NCBI GenBank assembly: GCA_001871755.1
Contig: MNXL01000093.1
Coordinates: forward strand, 1-39,850
Length of the DNA stretch: 39,850 nt
Source of the DNA: Anaerolineae bacterium CG2_30_64_16
Lineage (GTDB): Bacteria; Chloroflexota; Anaerolineae; CG2-30-64-16
Reading direction: 5' to 3'
Translations under genes and position numbers: made by a program
In this document: one piece after another, positions 17,838 to 28,304 of the stretch
Layout of the letters: each line of letters opens with the position of its first letter
Position numbering within the stretch: position 1 is the first letter of the stretch
Notes under the pieces: generated by a model
Told to the model about the DNA's origin: nothing
Seen by the model: only the letters and a program-made list of their open reading frames with translations
The model's database searches: none

Positions 17838-18560
17838 ATGACCGTCCAGATGGTAGAAGTTGTGTCGGCGCCTCCCCGTTCCCGTGCCGGGGAGACTGGG
17901 GTGGAAACGTTTCCCCCCCAAAAGCAAAAAATGACCTACCAGGAATTCCTGGCCTGGGCCGACGAGGATACCCTGGCGGAATGGGTAGATGGGAAGGTGA
18001 TTATGAATTCGCCGGCATCGAGGCGTCATCAGGAAATCAGCAACTTTCTGAATACGCTGTTGACGTTTTATGTCAGTATTCGCGACCTGGGTCGCGTGTT
18101 GTTTGCGCCTTTCCAGGTCAAGCTTGGTCCTGACCTGCCAGGGCGCGAGCCGGACCTGCTATTCGTCGCCAGTGAGCACCTGGACCGGCTAAAAGAGACC
18201 CACCTCGACGGGCCGGCCGACCTGATCGTCGAGATCGTCTCGCAGGAGAGCCAGCAGCGTGATCGCGGCGAAAAGTTCTACGAGTACGAGGCCGCCGGCG
18301 TGAGCGAGTACTGGCTGATCGATCCCCAGCGTCGCCAGGCCGAGTTCTATCAACTGGGGGAAGGGGGCTTTTATCGCCCCGTTCCCCCCGACGCCGAGGG
18401 AGTCTACCGCAGTGCTGTCCTGCCCGGCTTTTGGCTGGACATGGCCTGGCTGTGGCAGACTCCCCTGCCCACGCCGCTCGAAACGCTGCACTTGTTAAGC
18501 GAGATGCTGGGCGGCTCACCCGGCTCCGAGACCGTGCAGGCCTTTTTGAAACAGGTCTGA
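17838..18560 (+). CDS. Uma2-family endonuclease (DUF820)
   Basis: MTYQEFLAW, EPDLLFV and PADLIVEIVSQESQQRDRGEKFYEYEAAGVSEYWLIDPQ. The start may instead be the ATG at 17931. The upstream part of ORF 17220.. is a shadow of anmK. Confidence 0.8.
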   Translation: MTVQMVEVVSAPPRSRAGETGVETFPPQKQKMTYQEFLAWADEDTLAEWVDGKVIMNSPASRRHQEISNFLNTLLTFYVSIRDLGRVLFAPFQVKLGPDLPGREPDLLFVASEHLDRLKETHLDGPADLIVEIVSQESQQRDRGEKFYEYEAAGVSEYWLIDPQRRQAEFYQLGEGGFYRPVPPDAEGVYRSAVLPGFWLDMAWLWQTPLPTPLETLHLLSEMLGGSPGSETVQAFLKQV

Positions 18561-18566
18561 TAGGGT

Positions 18567-18588
18567 ATCCCCAATCCCCAATCCCCAT

Positions 18589-18592
<4 letters not shown>
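18567..18592. repeat. CCCCAAT heptamer array
   Basis: atccccaatccccaatccccattcacc. It overlaps the stop of the oxidoreductase gene. Confidence 0.7.
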
Positions 18593-19860
<1,268 letters not shown>

Positions 19861-19881
19861 GGTCTTCCTTGCTCCTTCCGT

Positions 19882-19967
19882 GGGTTGGTAGGTTGGTAGA
19901 TTGGTAGGTTGGTAGATTGGTAAATTGGGGGGAGTCACCCAATCTACCAATTCCCGATTTCCCAACT
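19882..19967. repeat. inverted 8-nt arrays (GGTTGGTA/GATTGGTA x6 facing CCAATCTA units)
   Basis: attggg/cccaat plus attggtag-type pairing gives at least 14 bp of stem. It lies between the GH20 stop and the oxidoreductase start. Confidence 0.75.
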
Positions 19968-22015
19968 CACATATCGGGCCAGTTCTGCCACAGGGTGCGA
20001 TAGTCGTCTGGATCATAGGTAGACAGGTTGGCATCCACCGGCTGGCCGGCCAGGAGCGCCTTGCGTTGTTCCAGCAACCAGGCGGTGGCGGCCTTGTAGC
20101 GGGTGCGCAGGTTGGCAAAGTAGCCCAGCGACACGTGGATCTCGCTGCGGCGGGCGCGGGCCATCCACAGCGCCTCGAGCTCGGCGCGCAGGTCCTCCAG
20201 CTTGCTGTCCAGGCCGCGGATGGCCAGGTAATGCTCGTACAGCCGCGCCGCATTCTCCGCGACCGGCTCCGGCTGGGCGGCAAAGGCATTCAGGTCGGCG
20301 CGGACCGCCTGCGATAGCGCCGTCTTGCGGCCAGCGTAGGCCGTCAGCCGGGCCGCGGAAGCCATCTCCAGCAGCGTCAGCGCGCGCGGGTGGTCGGGGG
20401 CCAGGACATCGCAGGTTGCCGCCGCCGACTCGGCCAGGGCTTGCATCTCGGCCAGTGTCTCGGCAGGTAATGCGCCCTCGCCGGCCACGGTCGTGCCGGT
20501 GAGCGGCTCGTCGAACAGGGCCAGGACGGTGTGTGAACGGTTGCGGTTGTGGACGCCGGGCAGGTCATTGGTGCGGGCCAGTTGGTGGAGCGCTTCCATG
20601 ATGGCCTCGTGGTCCTCGCCAAAAAAGAGCGGGCCAAAGGCAGCGTCGAAATCCTCGTCGCTCGTCGTGCCGCCGGTCCAGCCCTGGGCTGCGCCAAAGA
20701 GGTAGCCGTGCCAGCTCAGGCCAAAGTGCTGGTAGTGGCCATAGTCGCCCCAGTCGGTGTTGAGCAGGCCCTCGGCGCCAGCGGCCACCCCATCGCGCAC
20801 AAAGTTGCGGATGTTGACGTTGGCCCCATAGAGCCGGGGGAAGATGCTGTTCCACGAGCCGACGCCGGGGCAGACCCAGAATTTACGCCCCGCCTCGGCG
20901 AAAATCCTGGCCGTGGGGTACTCGTCGGCGGGGGCATAGTGCCAGTCGAGCAGCGTCACGTCGTCGGGCACCTCATCGATGAGTTCTGGATAGTGGAGCA
21001 GGATGTCGCCCCAGACCTGGGTGCGGCGCCCGAGCCGGGCGGCCAGCTCGCGCACGCGCAGGATGTGGTTGAGGTAGACGCGCCCTACGCCGATTTCGTC
21101 GGCCTGTCTCTTGGTCGCGCCCTTGCCCAGGTCGTAGGTCTCGTCGCAGCCGACGTTGAACGTGGTCGAGGAAAAGGCAGGCAGCATGTCACCAAAGAGC
21201 TCGGCCAGCAGCGTGTAGGTTTCCTCGAAGGCCGAGCTGAGCGTCCAGAGCATGTCGGTCTCGGCCAGGTGCTGGTACTCGGGCAGCATCAGGAGACTGC
21301 GCAGGTGACCGAAAGAATTCAGATTCGGCATCAGCTCGATGTGACGCTCGCGGCAGAAAGCGTCGAGCTCCAGAATGTCCTCGCTGCCGAGGGAGCCGCA
21401 GCCGGCGCCGATCTTGGGATGGCGGGGAAACTGGAAGGTATGCTCGGTGTAGAGCTGCAGCACATTGACCTTGGAGTGGCTCAGCTCCTCGGCCAGGGTC
21501 TTGAGCGTGGTCAGGGTCGGCACCTTGCGCCGCGAGATGTCGAGCATCAGGCCGCGATAGGCCAGGGTGGGCCAGTCGCGGATTTTCAGTGTGGGCAGGG
21601 TGGCGCCCTCCAGCCGTATCAACTGGCGCAGGGTCTGGACGGCGTAGAACAGGCCGGCCGGCGCGTCGGCGTAGAGCACGATGCGCCCCCGCTGGATGGT
21701 CAAAGTGTAGGCCTGGCCCGCCACGGCCTCCGGCGCGTCGAGGGTGACCGGTTCCAGGCCAAAGGCAGCAGCCTGTTCCTGCCCACAGACGAGCAGAACA
21801 ACGTTGTCGGCTCGCGGCGGCGCGTAGGCTTTGACGATAGCCAGGAGTAGCCCTGTCTTCTGCCACACTTCCTCTTGGAGCTGGCGGGCGGCAAAAAAGG
21901 CTCCATCCCCAGCCTGGGCCGGGATCAAGATGAGCGAGTCGGCGTCCAGGGAGTACAGCCCCTTGACGAACATCAACTCTTTCGGTTCGGGAAGCAAATG
22001 CAGCGTCATTTTCAA
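19967..22015 (-). CDS. GH20 beta-N-acetylhexosaminidase-like protein
   Basis: 682 aa. IRDWPTLAYRGLMLDISR, NVLQLYTEHTF and the catalytic-pair context FNVGCDETYDLG. No signal peptide. Confidence 0.8.
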   Translation of the reverse strand: MKMTLHLLPEPKELMFVKGLYSLDADSLILIPAQAGDGAFFAARQLQEEVWQKTGLLLAIVKAYAPPRADNVVLLVCGQEQAAAFGLEPVTLDAPEAVAGQAYTLTIQRGRIVLYADAPAGLFYAVQTLRQLIRLEGATLPTLKIRDWPTLAYRGLMLDISRRKVPTLTTLKTLAEELSHSKVNVLQLYTEHTFQFPRHPKIGAGCGSLGSEDILELDAFCRERHIELMPNLNSFGHLRSLLMLPEYQHLAETDMLWTLSSAFEETYTLLAELFGDMLPAFSSTTFNVGCDETYDLGKGATKRQADEIGVGRVYLNHILRVRELAARLGRRTQVWGDILLHYPELIDEVPDDVTLLDWHYAPADEYPTARIFAEAGRKFWVCPGVGSWNSIFPRLYGANVNIRNFVRDGVAAGAEGLLNTDWGDYGHYQHFGLSWHGYLFGAAQGWTGGTTSDEDFDAAFGPLFFGEDHEAIMEALHQLARTNDLPGVHNRNRSHTVLALFDEPLTGTTVAGEGALPAETLAEMQALAESAAATCDVLAPDHPRALTLLEMASAARLTAYAGRKTALSQAVRADLNAFAAQPEPVAENAARLYEHYLAIRGLDSKLEDLRAELEALWMARARRSEIHVSLGYFANLRTRYKAATAWLLEQRKALLAGQPVDANLSTYDPDDYRTLWQNWPDM

Positions 22016-22027
22016 CCTCCTCTATGG

Positions 22028-23266
22028 TTAGTCGCTTGCTACAGCACAAATCAGACGATTCTTTTGCACATCAACGAGACGGAAGAACGAGACGGACAGG
22101 GCGATCGCCGCCACGTTCAACAGGCCGACGATGGCGAACGGCAGCCCAAGGGCAACGTCCATCAACGCGCCGCCGAGCATCGAGCCGCCGATCATGGCCA
22201 GGTTCCACAGCACGCTGAGTGCGCCCAGCACCCGGCCGCGCTCCTCGACGACCGCCGATTCGGAGACCAGGACGGGCAAGAGCGTGGCCAACGACCAGGC
22301 CGCGGCAATGCCCGGCACGCCAAAGGTGTAGTAGCTCCAAAGCTGCGTGGCGAACACGCCCTGCCCGGCGATGGCCACGAGCAGCAGGCCGAACATCGCC
22401 AGGGTCGGGCGGCGGCTGCCCCAGCGGTCGGAGGCCCGCCCGACGACGATCTGCGCCAGCGTGGCCACCACCTGGCTGAGGGTGACGTAGAGGGCCACGG
22501 CAGTCTTGGTCCCGGCCAGGCGGTTGATCAGCAGAGGGTTCAACACCACGATCATACCATAGTAGCAGGTGGGCAGGAAACGCAGCAGGCCCAGGAGCAC
22601 CATCGACGGGCGGCGGACGACCTGCCCATAGCCGAGCAGGGTTGCGCCGACCGAGTGGGTTTGCTCGCCGGCCCCGCGCTGGAACCGGGGCAACAGGAGC
22701 ACTGCTCCCACCACTGTCGCGCCGGAGAAGGCCAGCAGAGCCAGCCCAAAGGCAGCGAAGCCCTGATGGTCCAGTACAAAACCGGCCGCCGGGCTGCTCA
22801 ACGCTCCACCAAGCGTGTAGCCCCAGTTGTACAACGCCGAGAACAGCCCCAGGCGCCTGGGGTTGGCGGCGTCGATCAGGTAGCCCATGCCCCCCAGAGT
22901 GTGAAATCCCGGCCCCAGGCCGCCCAGGACCCAGAACGCCAGGACCAACCCTGGCACCCGGCTCAGGTAGGCCAGGTTGGCCAGCGTGATCCCCAGCAGG
23001 CCCAGGACCAGCGTGCCTTTGTGCCCCACGGTGTCGGACAGCGCCCCACCGACCACCGAGGCGATCATGCCCAGCACCAGCCCCAACGAGACAAAGGTCG
23101 AGACGAGAACTGCCGGAAAGCCCAACTGCTCCTCGACGTAGATGGGGAAAAACGAGCGCTGCGGCGAGAGGATGATGCCGCTGAGCAGCATCACCAGCAA
23201 AAAGAACACGATGGGCCAGTCGCGGAAACGGGTGGTGACAGCCCGGGCCTTGAGTTTTCCGATCAT
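22028..23266 (-). CDS. MFS transporter
   Basis: About 12 hydrophobic segments. The start MIGKLK (ATG at 23266) overlaps the upstream stop as ATGA. Confidence 0.8.
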   Translation of the reverse strand: MIGKLKARAVTTRFRDWPIVFFLLVMLLSGIILSPQRSFFPIYVEEQLGFPAVLVSTFVSLGLVLGMIASVVGGALSDTVGHKGTLVLGLLGITLANLAYLSRVPGLVLAFWVLGGLGPGFHTLGGMGYLIDAANPRRLGLFSALYNWGYTLGGALSSPAAGFVLDHQGFAAFGLALLAFSGATVVGAVLLLPRFQRGAGEQTHSVGATLLGYGQVVRRPSMVLLGLLRFLPTCYYGMIVVLNPLLINRLAGTKTAVALYVTLSQVVATLAQIVVGRASDRWGSRRPTLAMFGLLLVAIAGQGVFATQLWSYYTFGVPGIAAAWSLATLLPVLVSESAVVEERGRVLGALSVLWNLAMIGGSMLGGALMDVALGLPFAIVGLLNVAAIALSVSFFRLVDVQKNRLICAVASD

Positions 23267-24438
23267 CACGAATCGTTCTCCGCCTTGTCCCGGTAGAGCA
23301 AGTATGCCTCCCGCCGCTGGTTGAATTCGGCCAAATCTTTGCTCCAACTTTGGACGATCTGTTCGACCGGTTCTCCCGCCTCCAGGGCGTGGCGGACCCG
23401 GTCGCTGCCGATGAGCCGGTCAAAGTGGGACGCTCGCCAGGCGAACTGGTCCGGGTACAGGTCATGGAGAGTGGCGACGAGGTGCAGGCCCAGCGCCACG
23501 GGGCGCAGAGTGTCTCGATCGGTGACGTGGAGTTGAAGGCCGCCGCACATCTCCCTGGCGAATTTGTCCGAGCAGGGCGCAAAACGTGTCGCCCGCGCCC
23601 GGACGCCGGGCAGCGCCAGCGCGTTGAGCCGCTTCGCCAGGGCGCGACCGTCGATCCAGGGCGCGCCGCAGACCTCGAAGGGCAGCGCCGTGCCGCGTCC
23701 CTCCGACACGTTGGTCCCCTCCAGCCGGCACAGCCCCGGATACAACGTCGCCGTCGAGGTCGATGTACCCATCGCATGGGGCATGGCCGGCGAAGTGGGC
23801 ACCCAGAGCAGCCCCGTCTCGTCGAACCACATGCCTCGCCGCCAGCCGCACATGGCCACGACGGTCAGGTCGGCACCCAGGGCGTGCTCGCCGTTCATCC
23901 AGCGCGCCATCTCACCCAGGGTCAGCCCGTGGCGGATGGGTACGGACGCGACGCCCACGAACGACTCGAAATCGGGGAGCACCGGCGGCCCTTCCAGTGT
24001 CCGGCCGTTGATGGGATTGGGCCGGTCCAGGACGATGACGGGCTTGCCGGCCTGGGCCGCGCCCTGGAGCACGTAAAAGAGGGTACTCACAAAGGTGTAA
24101 AAGCGCACGCCCACGTCTTGCATATCAAAGACCAGGACATCCACTTCGGTCAGCATGTCGGGCGTCGGCTCTTGCACCGCGCCATAGAGGCTGTAGACAG
24201 GCAGCCCGGTGTGAGGGTGGACGGCGTCGCCCACCGGCGCGCCATCGGCGGCGGCGCCATCCGGGCCATGCTCCGGGCCAAAGAGCGCGGTGAGGCGCAC
24301 GCCGGCCCGGAGCAGGGCGTCCACCGCCCCGGTGAGGTCCGGCAGGACCGCCGCCGGGTGCGTGACCAAGCCGACTCGTTTGCCCTGGAGCAGGTGGAGT
24401 TGTTCGTGGATCAGCCGATCCAACCCTGTCTGAATCAT
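23266..24438 (-). CDS. namZ: DUF1343 protein (exo-beta-N-acetylmuramidase NamZ family)
   Basis: 390 aa. GKRVGLVTHPAAV, LFGPEHG, DVLVFDMQDVGVRFYTF and LDRPNPING. Confidence 0.8.
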   Translation of the reverse strand: MIQTGLDRLIHEQLHLLQGKRVGLVTHPAAVLPDLTGAVDALLRAGVRLTALFGPEHGPDGAAADGAPVGDAVHPHTGLPVYSLYGAVQEPTPDMLTEVDVLVFDMQDVGVRFYTFVSTLFYVLQGAAQAGKPVIVLDRPNPINGRTLEGPPVLPDFESFVGVASVPIRHGLTLGEMARWMNGEHALGADLTVVAMCGWRRGMWFDETGLLWVPTSPAMPHAMGTSTSTATLYPGLCRLEGTNVSEGRGTALPFEVCGAPWIDGRALAKRLNALALPGVRARATRFAPCSDKFAREMCGGLQLHVTDRDTLRPVALGLHLVATLHDLYPDQFAWRASHFDRLIGSDRVRHALEAGEPVEQIVQSWSKDLAEFNQRREAYLLYRDKAENDS

Positions 24439-24450
24439 GATCTCGCCAAC

Positions 24451-26052
24451 CTACCACAACGCACCGGCTGTCGGAACCATCCGCTCGAACTGCACGCCGG
24501 GCAGCCGGTAGCGGTTGCCGGGCGTGGTGGCCAGGCCACCCCGGTAGAAGAGCTGCGTCGAGCCGCCGCCGTCCAGGTTGATGGCGTCCACGGCGCCGGC
24601 CTCGGCCAGCAGTTCGGCCAGCTCCAGCAGCGTCGCGCCCGCGCTGTCGCTCTCGAGGCGATGGGCGCCCCGCTCCGTGCCGGGCACGGCGACGACGAGT
24701 AGTTGCCCCTCGGCATCCACGCCCAGGCCGATGCGGCCGGCGCGAGTGCGGTCGGTGTCCATCGGGTAATCGGTGGGCACCACGCCCACGGGGGTGTTCT
24801 CACCCTGTTCCAGCGGCGCGGTTCGGCCTTGCTCACCACGGGTCGGCCAGAACTCCTCGTCCGCCAACGAGTCTGCTGTGAGGGCGATCTGTCCACCTTT
24901 CAACAGCAACGGCCCGGCCTGGATTGCCTGCTGCACGCCCCGCAAAACCTCCTGGGCAAAGCCGTATTGCACGCGCGGCAGGCCCCCGTCTGAGATCGCA
25001 CCGTGTGGCGGCACGCCGGGGGAGAAAGAGAGCACCAGGCCATTCTGCGGGATCTCCAGCTCGCCGCCCACCTTGCGACTCACGATCCGCGTATCGACGA
25101 CGGTGTATTCGGCGCGGCCCGGTGCAGCCGGTGTCCGCCGCTGCGGCCGGCCGTAGCTCGCCAGGCCAAGGGTGCGAGTGTAAACGGCCACCCTGGCATC
25201 CCCGTCCGGGTTGAGGCGGAAAGGCAACCCCGGCAACTCACTCCCCTCCGGCGCCAGCAGCGCTCCATTCGGCAGTTGTACGGTCATGGCGAGCATCGAA
25301 ATGTGCCCGGCTTGCCAGCAACCGTCTGGCGTTTGGTAAAAGGCCGCGCGGCGGTGCAACGGTGGTCGCAGGATCACCCCGTCGCGGACGTAGAGGTTGT
25401 AGGCTTCCCCCAACGCCGAGTGGTGGCTATCAAAATCGTCGTGCTCCAGCAAGAAAAAGGCAGCGTTGAAAGCGATACGCGGGCGCTCGCGCCACACGAA
25501 CTCGCGCACAAAACCGAGGCGTCCCACCGGCAGCAGGTCCCGCTGCACGTCGAACCCTTCGAAATCGGTTGGTGTCGAAAGGCGGCGACCCAAGGCGCCG
25601 CCCAGGTAGAGCCGGTCCTCGTGGGCCAACAGAGCCAGCACCGCGCGGGCGCGATCGCGCCAGACCGGCTCGTCGTCCGGGACGGCGGCCTGCCAGTCGG
25701 CGCCATCGAAGTGCAGCCAGCCGCGGGCCAGGAGCATACGCAGGGTGTAGGTGAGCAGCGAATTGGCGCTGTAGAGCCGCTCGCCGCGCCCAGTGTGCGG
25801 ATCCACGCCGGGAAAGACCTGCTCGACGCCGCGGTCCTGCTCCAACCGGGCAAAGGCGACGCTGCGCGGATCGTTCACGCCCCGCGTCTGGGCCTTGACG
25901 GCGCGCAGGTGGGCCACTTCGGCCAGCTTGACAGCCCGGTCCTGCTGGTCGAATTCGGCAAAAGCGAACCCCGCCGGCGGGAAGCGCAGAAACGCCACGT
26001 CGGAGAAAGTGTCGTTATCCCAAAAGCGGCGGGCGTGGGTTAGATGTATCAA
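24451..26052 (-). CDS. phosphodiester glycosidase (NAGPA/DUF2233) family protein with a large N-terminal region
   Basis: The C-terminal AGPLLLKGG ... RIGLGVDAEGQLLVVAV ... GATLLELAELLAEAGAVDAINLDGGGSTQL is the NAGPA signature. It has an apparent TTG start and no signal peptide. Confidence 0.7.
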   Translation of the reverse strand: MIHLTHARRFWDNDTFSDVAFLRFPPAGFAFAEFDQQDRAVKLAEVAHLRAVKAQTRGVNDPRSVAFARLEQDRGVEQVFPGVDPHTGRGERLYSANSLLTYTLRMLLARGWLHFDGADWQAAVPDDEPVWRDRARAVLALLAHEDRLYLGGALGRRLSTPTDFEGFDVQRDLLPVGRLGFVREFVWRERPRIAFNAAFFLLEHDDFDSHHSALGEAYNLYVRDGVILRPPLHRRAAFYQTPDGCWQAGHISMLAMTVQLPNGALLAPEGSELPGLPFRLNPDGDARVAVYTRTLGLASYGRPQRRTPAAPGRAEYTVVDTRIVSRKVGGELEIPQNGLVLSFSPGVPPHGAISDGGLPRVQYGFAQEVLRGVQQAIQAGPLLLKGGQIALTADSLADEEFWPTRGEQGRTAPLEQGENTPVGVVPTDYPMDTDRTRAGRIGLGVDAEGQLLVVAVPGTERGAHRLESDSAGATLLELAELLAEAGAVDAINLDGGGSTQLFYRGGLATTPGNRYRLPGVQFERMVPTAGALW

Positions 26053-26079
26053 TACCGGCCACCCTCGCGATTGAACATC

Positions 26080-26124
26080 CTAATCCCCAATTCCCAATCC
26101 CCAATCCCCAACCTGCCAACTCAC
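26080..26124. repeat. CCCCAAT/TCCCAAT heptamer array
   Basis: taatcccc aattccc aatcccc aatcccc aacctgcc. It overlaps the stop of the fusion gene. Confidence 0.7.
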
Positions 26125-28304
26125 CCCAACGCCACAAAACCCTTCAACCACCGGATCAACTCGCGCGCTTTCTCCTCCGAGTCGGCCTCGGCAAAGATGC
26201 GCAGCACCGGCTCGGTGCCCGAGAAGCGTATCAGCAGCCAGTTGTCGTTCTCCAGGAAGAACTTGGTGCCATCCATGTGGGACACGCCCCGCAACGGATA
26301 CGGCCCGATATGGGTGAGCCCGGTCTCGGCCAGGCGACGCGGGACGACGACCCGCATCTCGGAGGTGGCTGGCAGGTTCTCCTCCACGCTGTACAGGCGG
26401 CCGGTGATGCGGTAGATCTCCTCGCACAGCTCTGAAATTGTCTTGCCCGTGCGAGCCAGCATCTCGACGACCAGCACCGCGGCAAAGATGCCGTCCTTGC
26501 CCAGGATGTGGCCGCGGATGGTCAGCCCGCCGCTGCTCTCGCCGCCCAACAGGGCATTGCGCTCCTTCATGGCCGCGACGACGTGCTTGAAACCGACTGG
26601 CACTTCGTAACATTCTTCGCCCAGATGCGCGGCCAGCCGGTCCAGCAGGTGCGTGGTGGCCAGGTTGCGCACCACACCACCTCGCTCGCCGCGCACCTTG
26701 TGCAGGTAGTAGTAGAGCAACAGCAGAACGTCGTTGATGGGCACATATCCACCCCGCTCGTCTACAATCGCGATACGGTCGGCGTCGCCGTCGGTGGCCA
26801 GGCCGAGATGGTAGCCGTCCTCCTGAACGTGGGTCATCAACAGCCGCAAGGCCTCCAGGTTGGGCGCCGGCGAGCGGCCGCCGAACAGCGGGTTGCGGCG
26901 CTCGTGGATGAAGGTCACCCGGCAGCGCGCCTCGGTGAGGATGATGCCCAGGGTGAGCTGCCCCGTGCCGTACATCGGGTCGACGATGACCTTGAGGCCG
27001 GCGTCGCGGATGGCGTCCAGGTCCACCAGCGACTCGACGGCGTCCACGTACTCGTTGACGAAATCGGCGCGGCGGACGATGTCCGCTTCCAGGCCCACAT
27101 CGAGCGGGATCTTGACCACGTCGCGCGTCATCAGGGTGTTGGTCTCGGCTTCGATGCGCTCCGTCTCCTCGGTGAGCAGCAACGAACCGTCGCCGTGAAA
27201 GACCTTCAGGCCGTTCCACTCGGGTGGATTATGGCTGGCGGTGAAGGCCAGACCATAGGCCACGCCCTGGGCCGCTGCCGCGTAGGTGATGAGCGGCGTC
27301 GGCGCGTCCTCAGTCAGCAGGATGACGGGGATGTTGTTCCCGGCAAAGACCTCCGCTGCCGCCTCGGCCGCCCGGTCGGAGAGGAAGCGGCGGTCAAAGC
27401 CGACGAGCACGCCCCGTTTTTCCTCGCCGCGGCGGATCACGTCGTTGGCCAGCGCCTGACACAGCCGCCGCACGTTGTGCAGGGTGAACCCCTCGCCGAT
27501 GACGGCCCGCCAGCCACCGGTGCCAAAGGTAACCAGGTTCTCCTCCTCGTGGCGGCGGGGGCGATAGAGCCGCTTCTGCAGGATGAACTCGGCCCGTTCC
27601 AGATCCTCCCGGGTGTTGATGCCCAGCACCTCGTCCTGGTCGTAGATCTGATGGCTCTCCACCCGCAGCCCGGAGCGAATGAGGCGGTGGGCGCAGTCGG
27701 TGAGGCGGTATTCGCCGTCCAGGGGCGAAGGCGCCAGGGTCCTTAAAGCAGGCCAGATCTTTTCAGCGCAGACGACGTAGGCCCCCACGTTCAGCTCGCG
27801 GATCTGGCGCACTTCGGCCGAAGCCTCTTCCTCTTCGATAATGTCCATGATGCGCCCGCTCGCGTCGCGGATGATGCGGCCGTAGGGCAGGGGCCGATCC
27901 ACCACGGCACTGAGCAGGGTCAGGTGTGCCTGCCGCAGCCGGTGGCGATTGAGCAGCCCCAAGATGGACGCCGGCCGGAAGAGGGGGGTGTCGCCGTAGA
28001 GGATGAGCAGATCGCCCCGGAAATCTGCCAGCAAAGGATCGAGTTGCAAGACGGCGTGCCCGGTGCCCAGCGGCTCAGCCTGGATCACGTACCGAAAACC
28101 CGGCCCCAGGTGCGCCCGCACCCTGTCTTGCTCGTAGCCGACGACGATGTAGAGATCGTCCACCGCCACACGCCGCAGCGCGCACTCGACCACATGGTCC
28201 AGAACCGCGCGGTCGCCGAGCGGCTGAAGCAGCAGTGGTTCTCTATCGGCCGTGATCGTCTGTTGGCCCGCCGCCAGGATGACGGCTTTCAGTTCCTTAC
28301 TCAT
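26121..28304 (-). CDS. fusion protein: GlmU-N-like nucleotidyltransferase domain + alpha-D-phosphohexomutase
   Basis: The N-terminal ~245 aa carry AVILAAG, LGTGHAV, LILYGDTPL and EYRLTD. The C-terminal ~480 aa carry FTASHNPPEWNGLK, LATDGDADR, GGESSGG and RFSGTEPVLR. The ATG at 28304 overlaps the upstream stop (ATGAGTAA). Confidence 0.85.
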   Translation of the reverse strand: MSKELKAVILAAGQQTITADREPLLLQPLGDRAVLDHVVECALRRVAVDDLYIVVGYEQDRVRAHLGPGFRYVIQAEPLGTGHAVLQLDPLLADFRGDLLILYGDTPLFRPASILGLLNRHRLRQAHLTLLSAVVDRPLPYGRIIRDASGRIMDIIEEEEASAEVRQIRELNVGAYVVCAEKIWPALRTLAPSPLDGEYRLTDCAHRLIRSGLRVESHQIYDQDEVLGINTREDLERAEFILQKRLYRPRRHEEENLVTFGTGGWRAVIGEGFTLHNVRRLCQALANDVIRRGEEKRGVLVGFDRRFLSDRAAEAAAEVFAGNNIPVILLTEDAPTPLITYAAAAQGVAYGLAFTASHNPPEWNGLKVFHGDGSLLLTEETERIEAETNTLMTRDVVKIPLDVGLEADIVRRADFVNEYVDAVESLVDLDAIRDAGLKVIVDPMYGTGQLTLGIILTEARCRVTFIHERRNPLFGGRSPAPNLEALRLLMTHVQEDGYHLGLATDGDADRIAIVDERGGYVPINDVLLLLYYYLHKVRGERGGVVRNLATTHLLDRLAAHLGEECYEVPVGFKHVVAAMKERNALLGGESSGGLTIRGHILGKDGIFAAVLVVEMLARTGKTISELCEEIYRITGRLYSVEENLPATSEMRVVVPRRLAETGLTHIGPYPLRGVSHMDGTKFFLENDNWLLIRFSGTEPVLRIFAEADSEEKARELIRWLKGFVALG

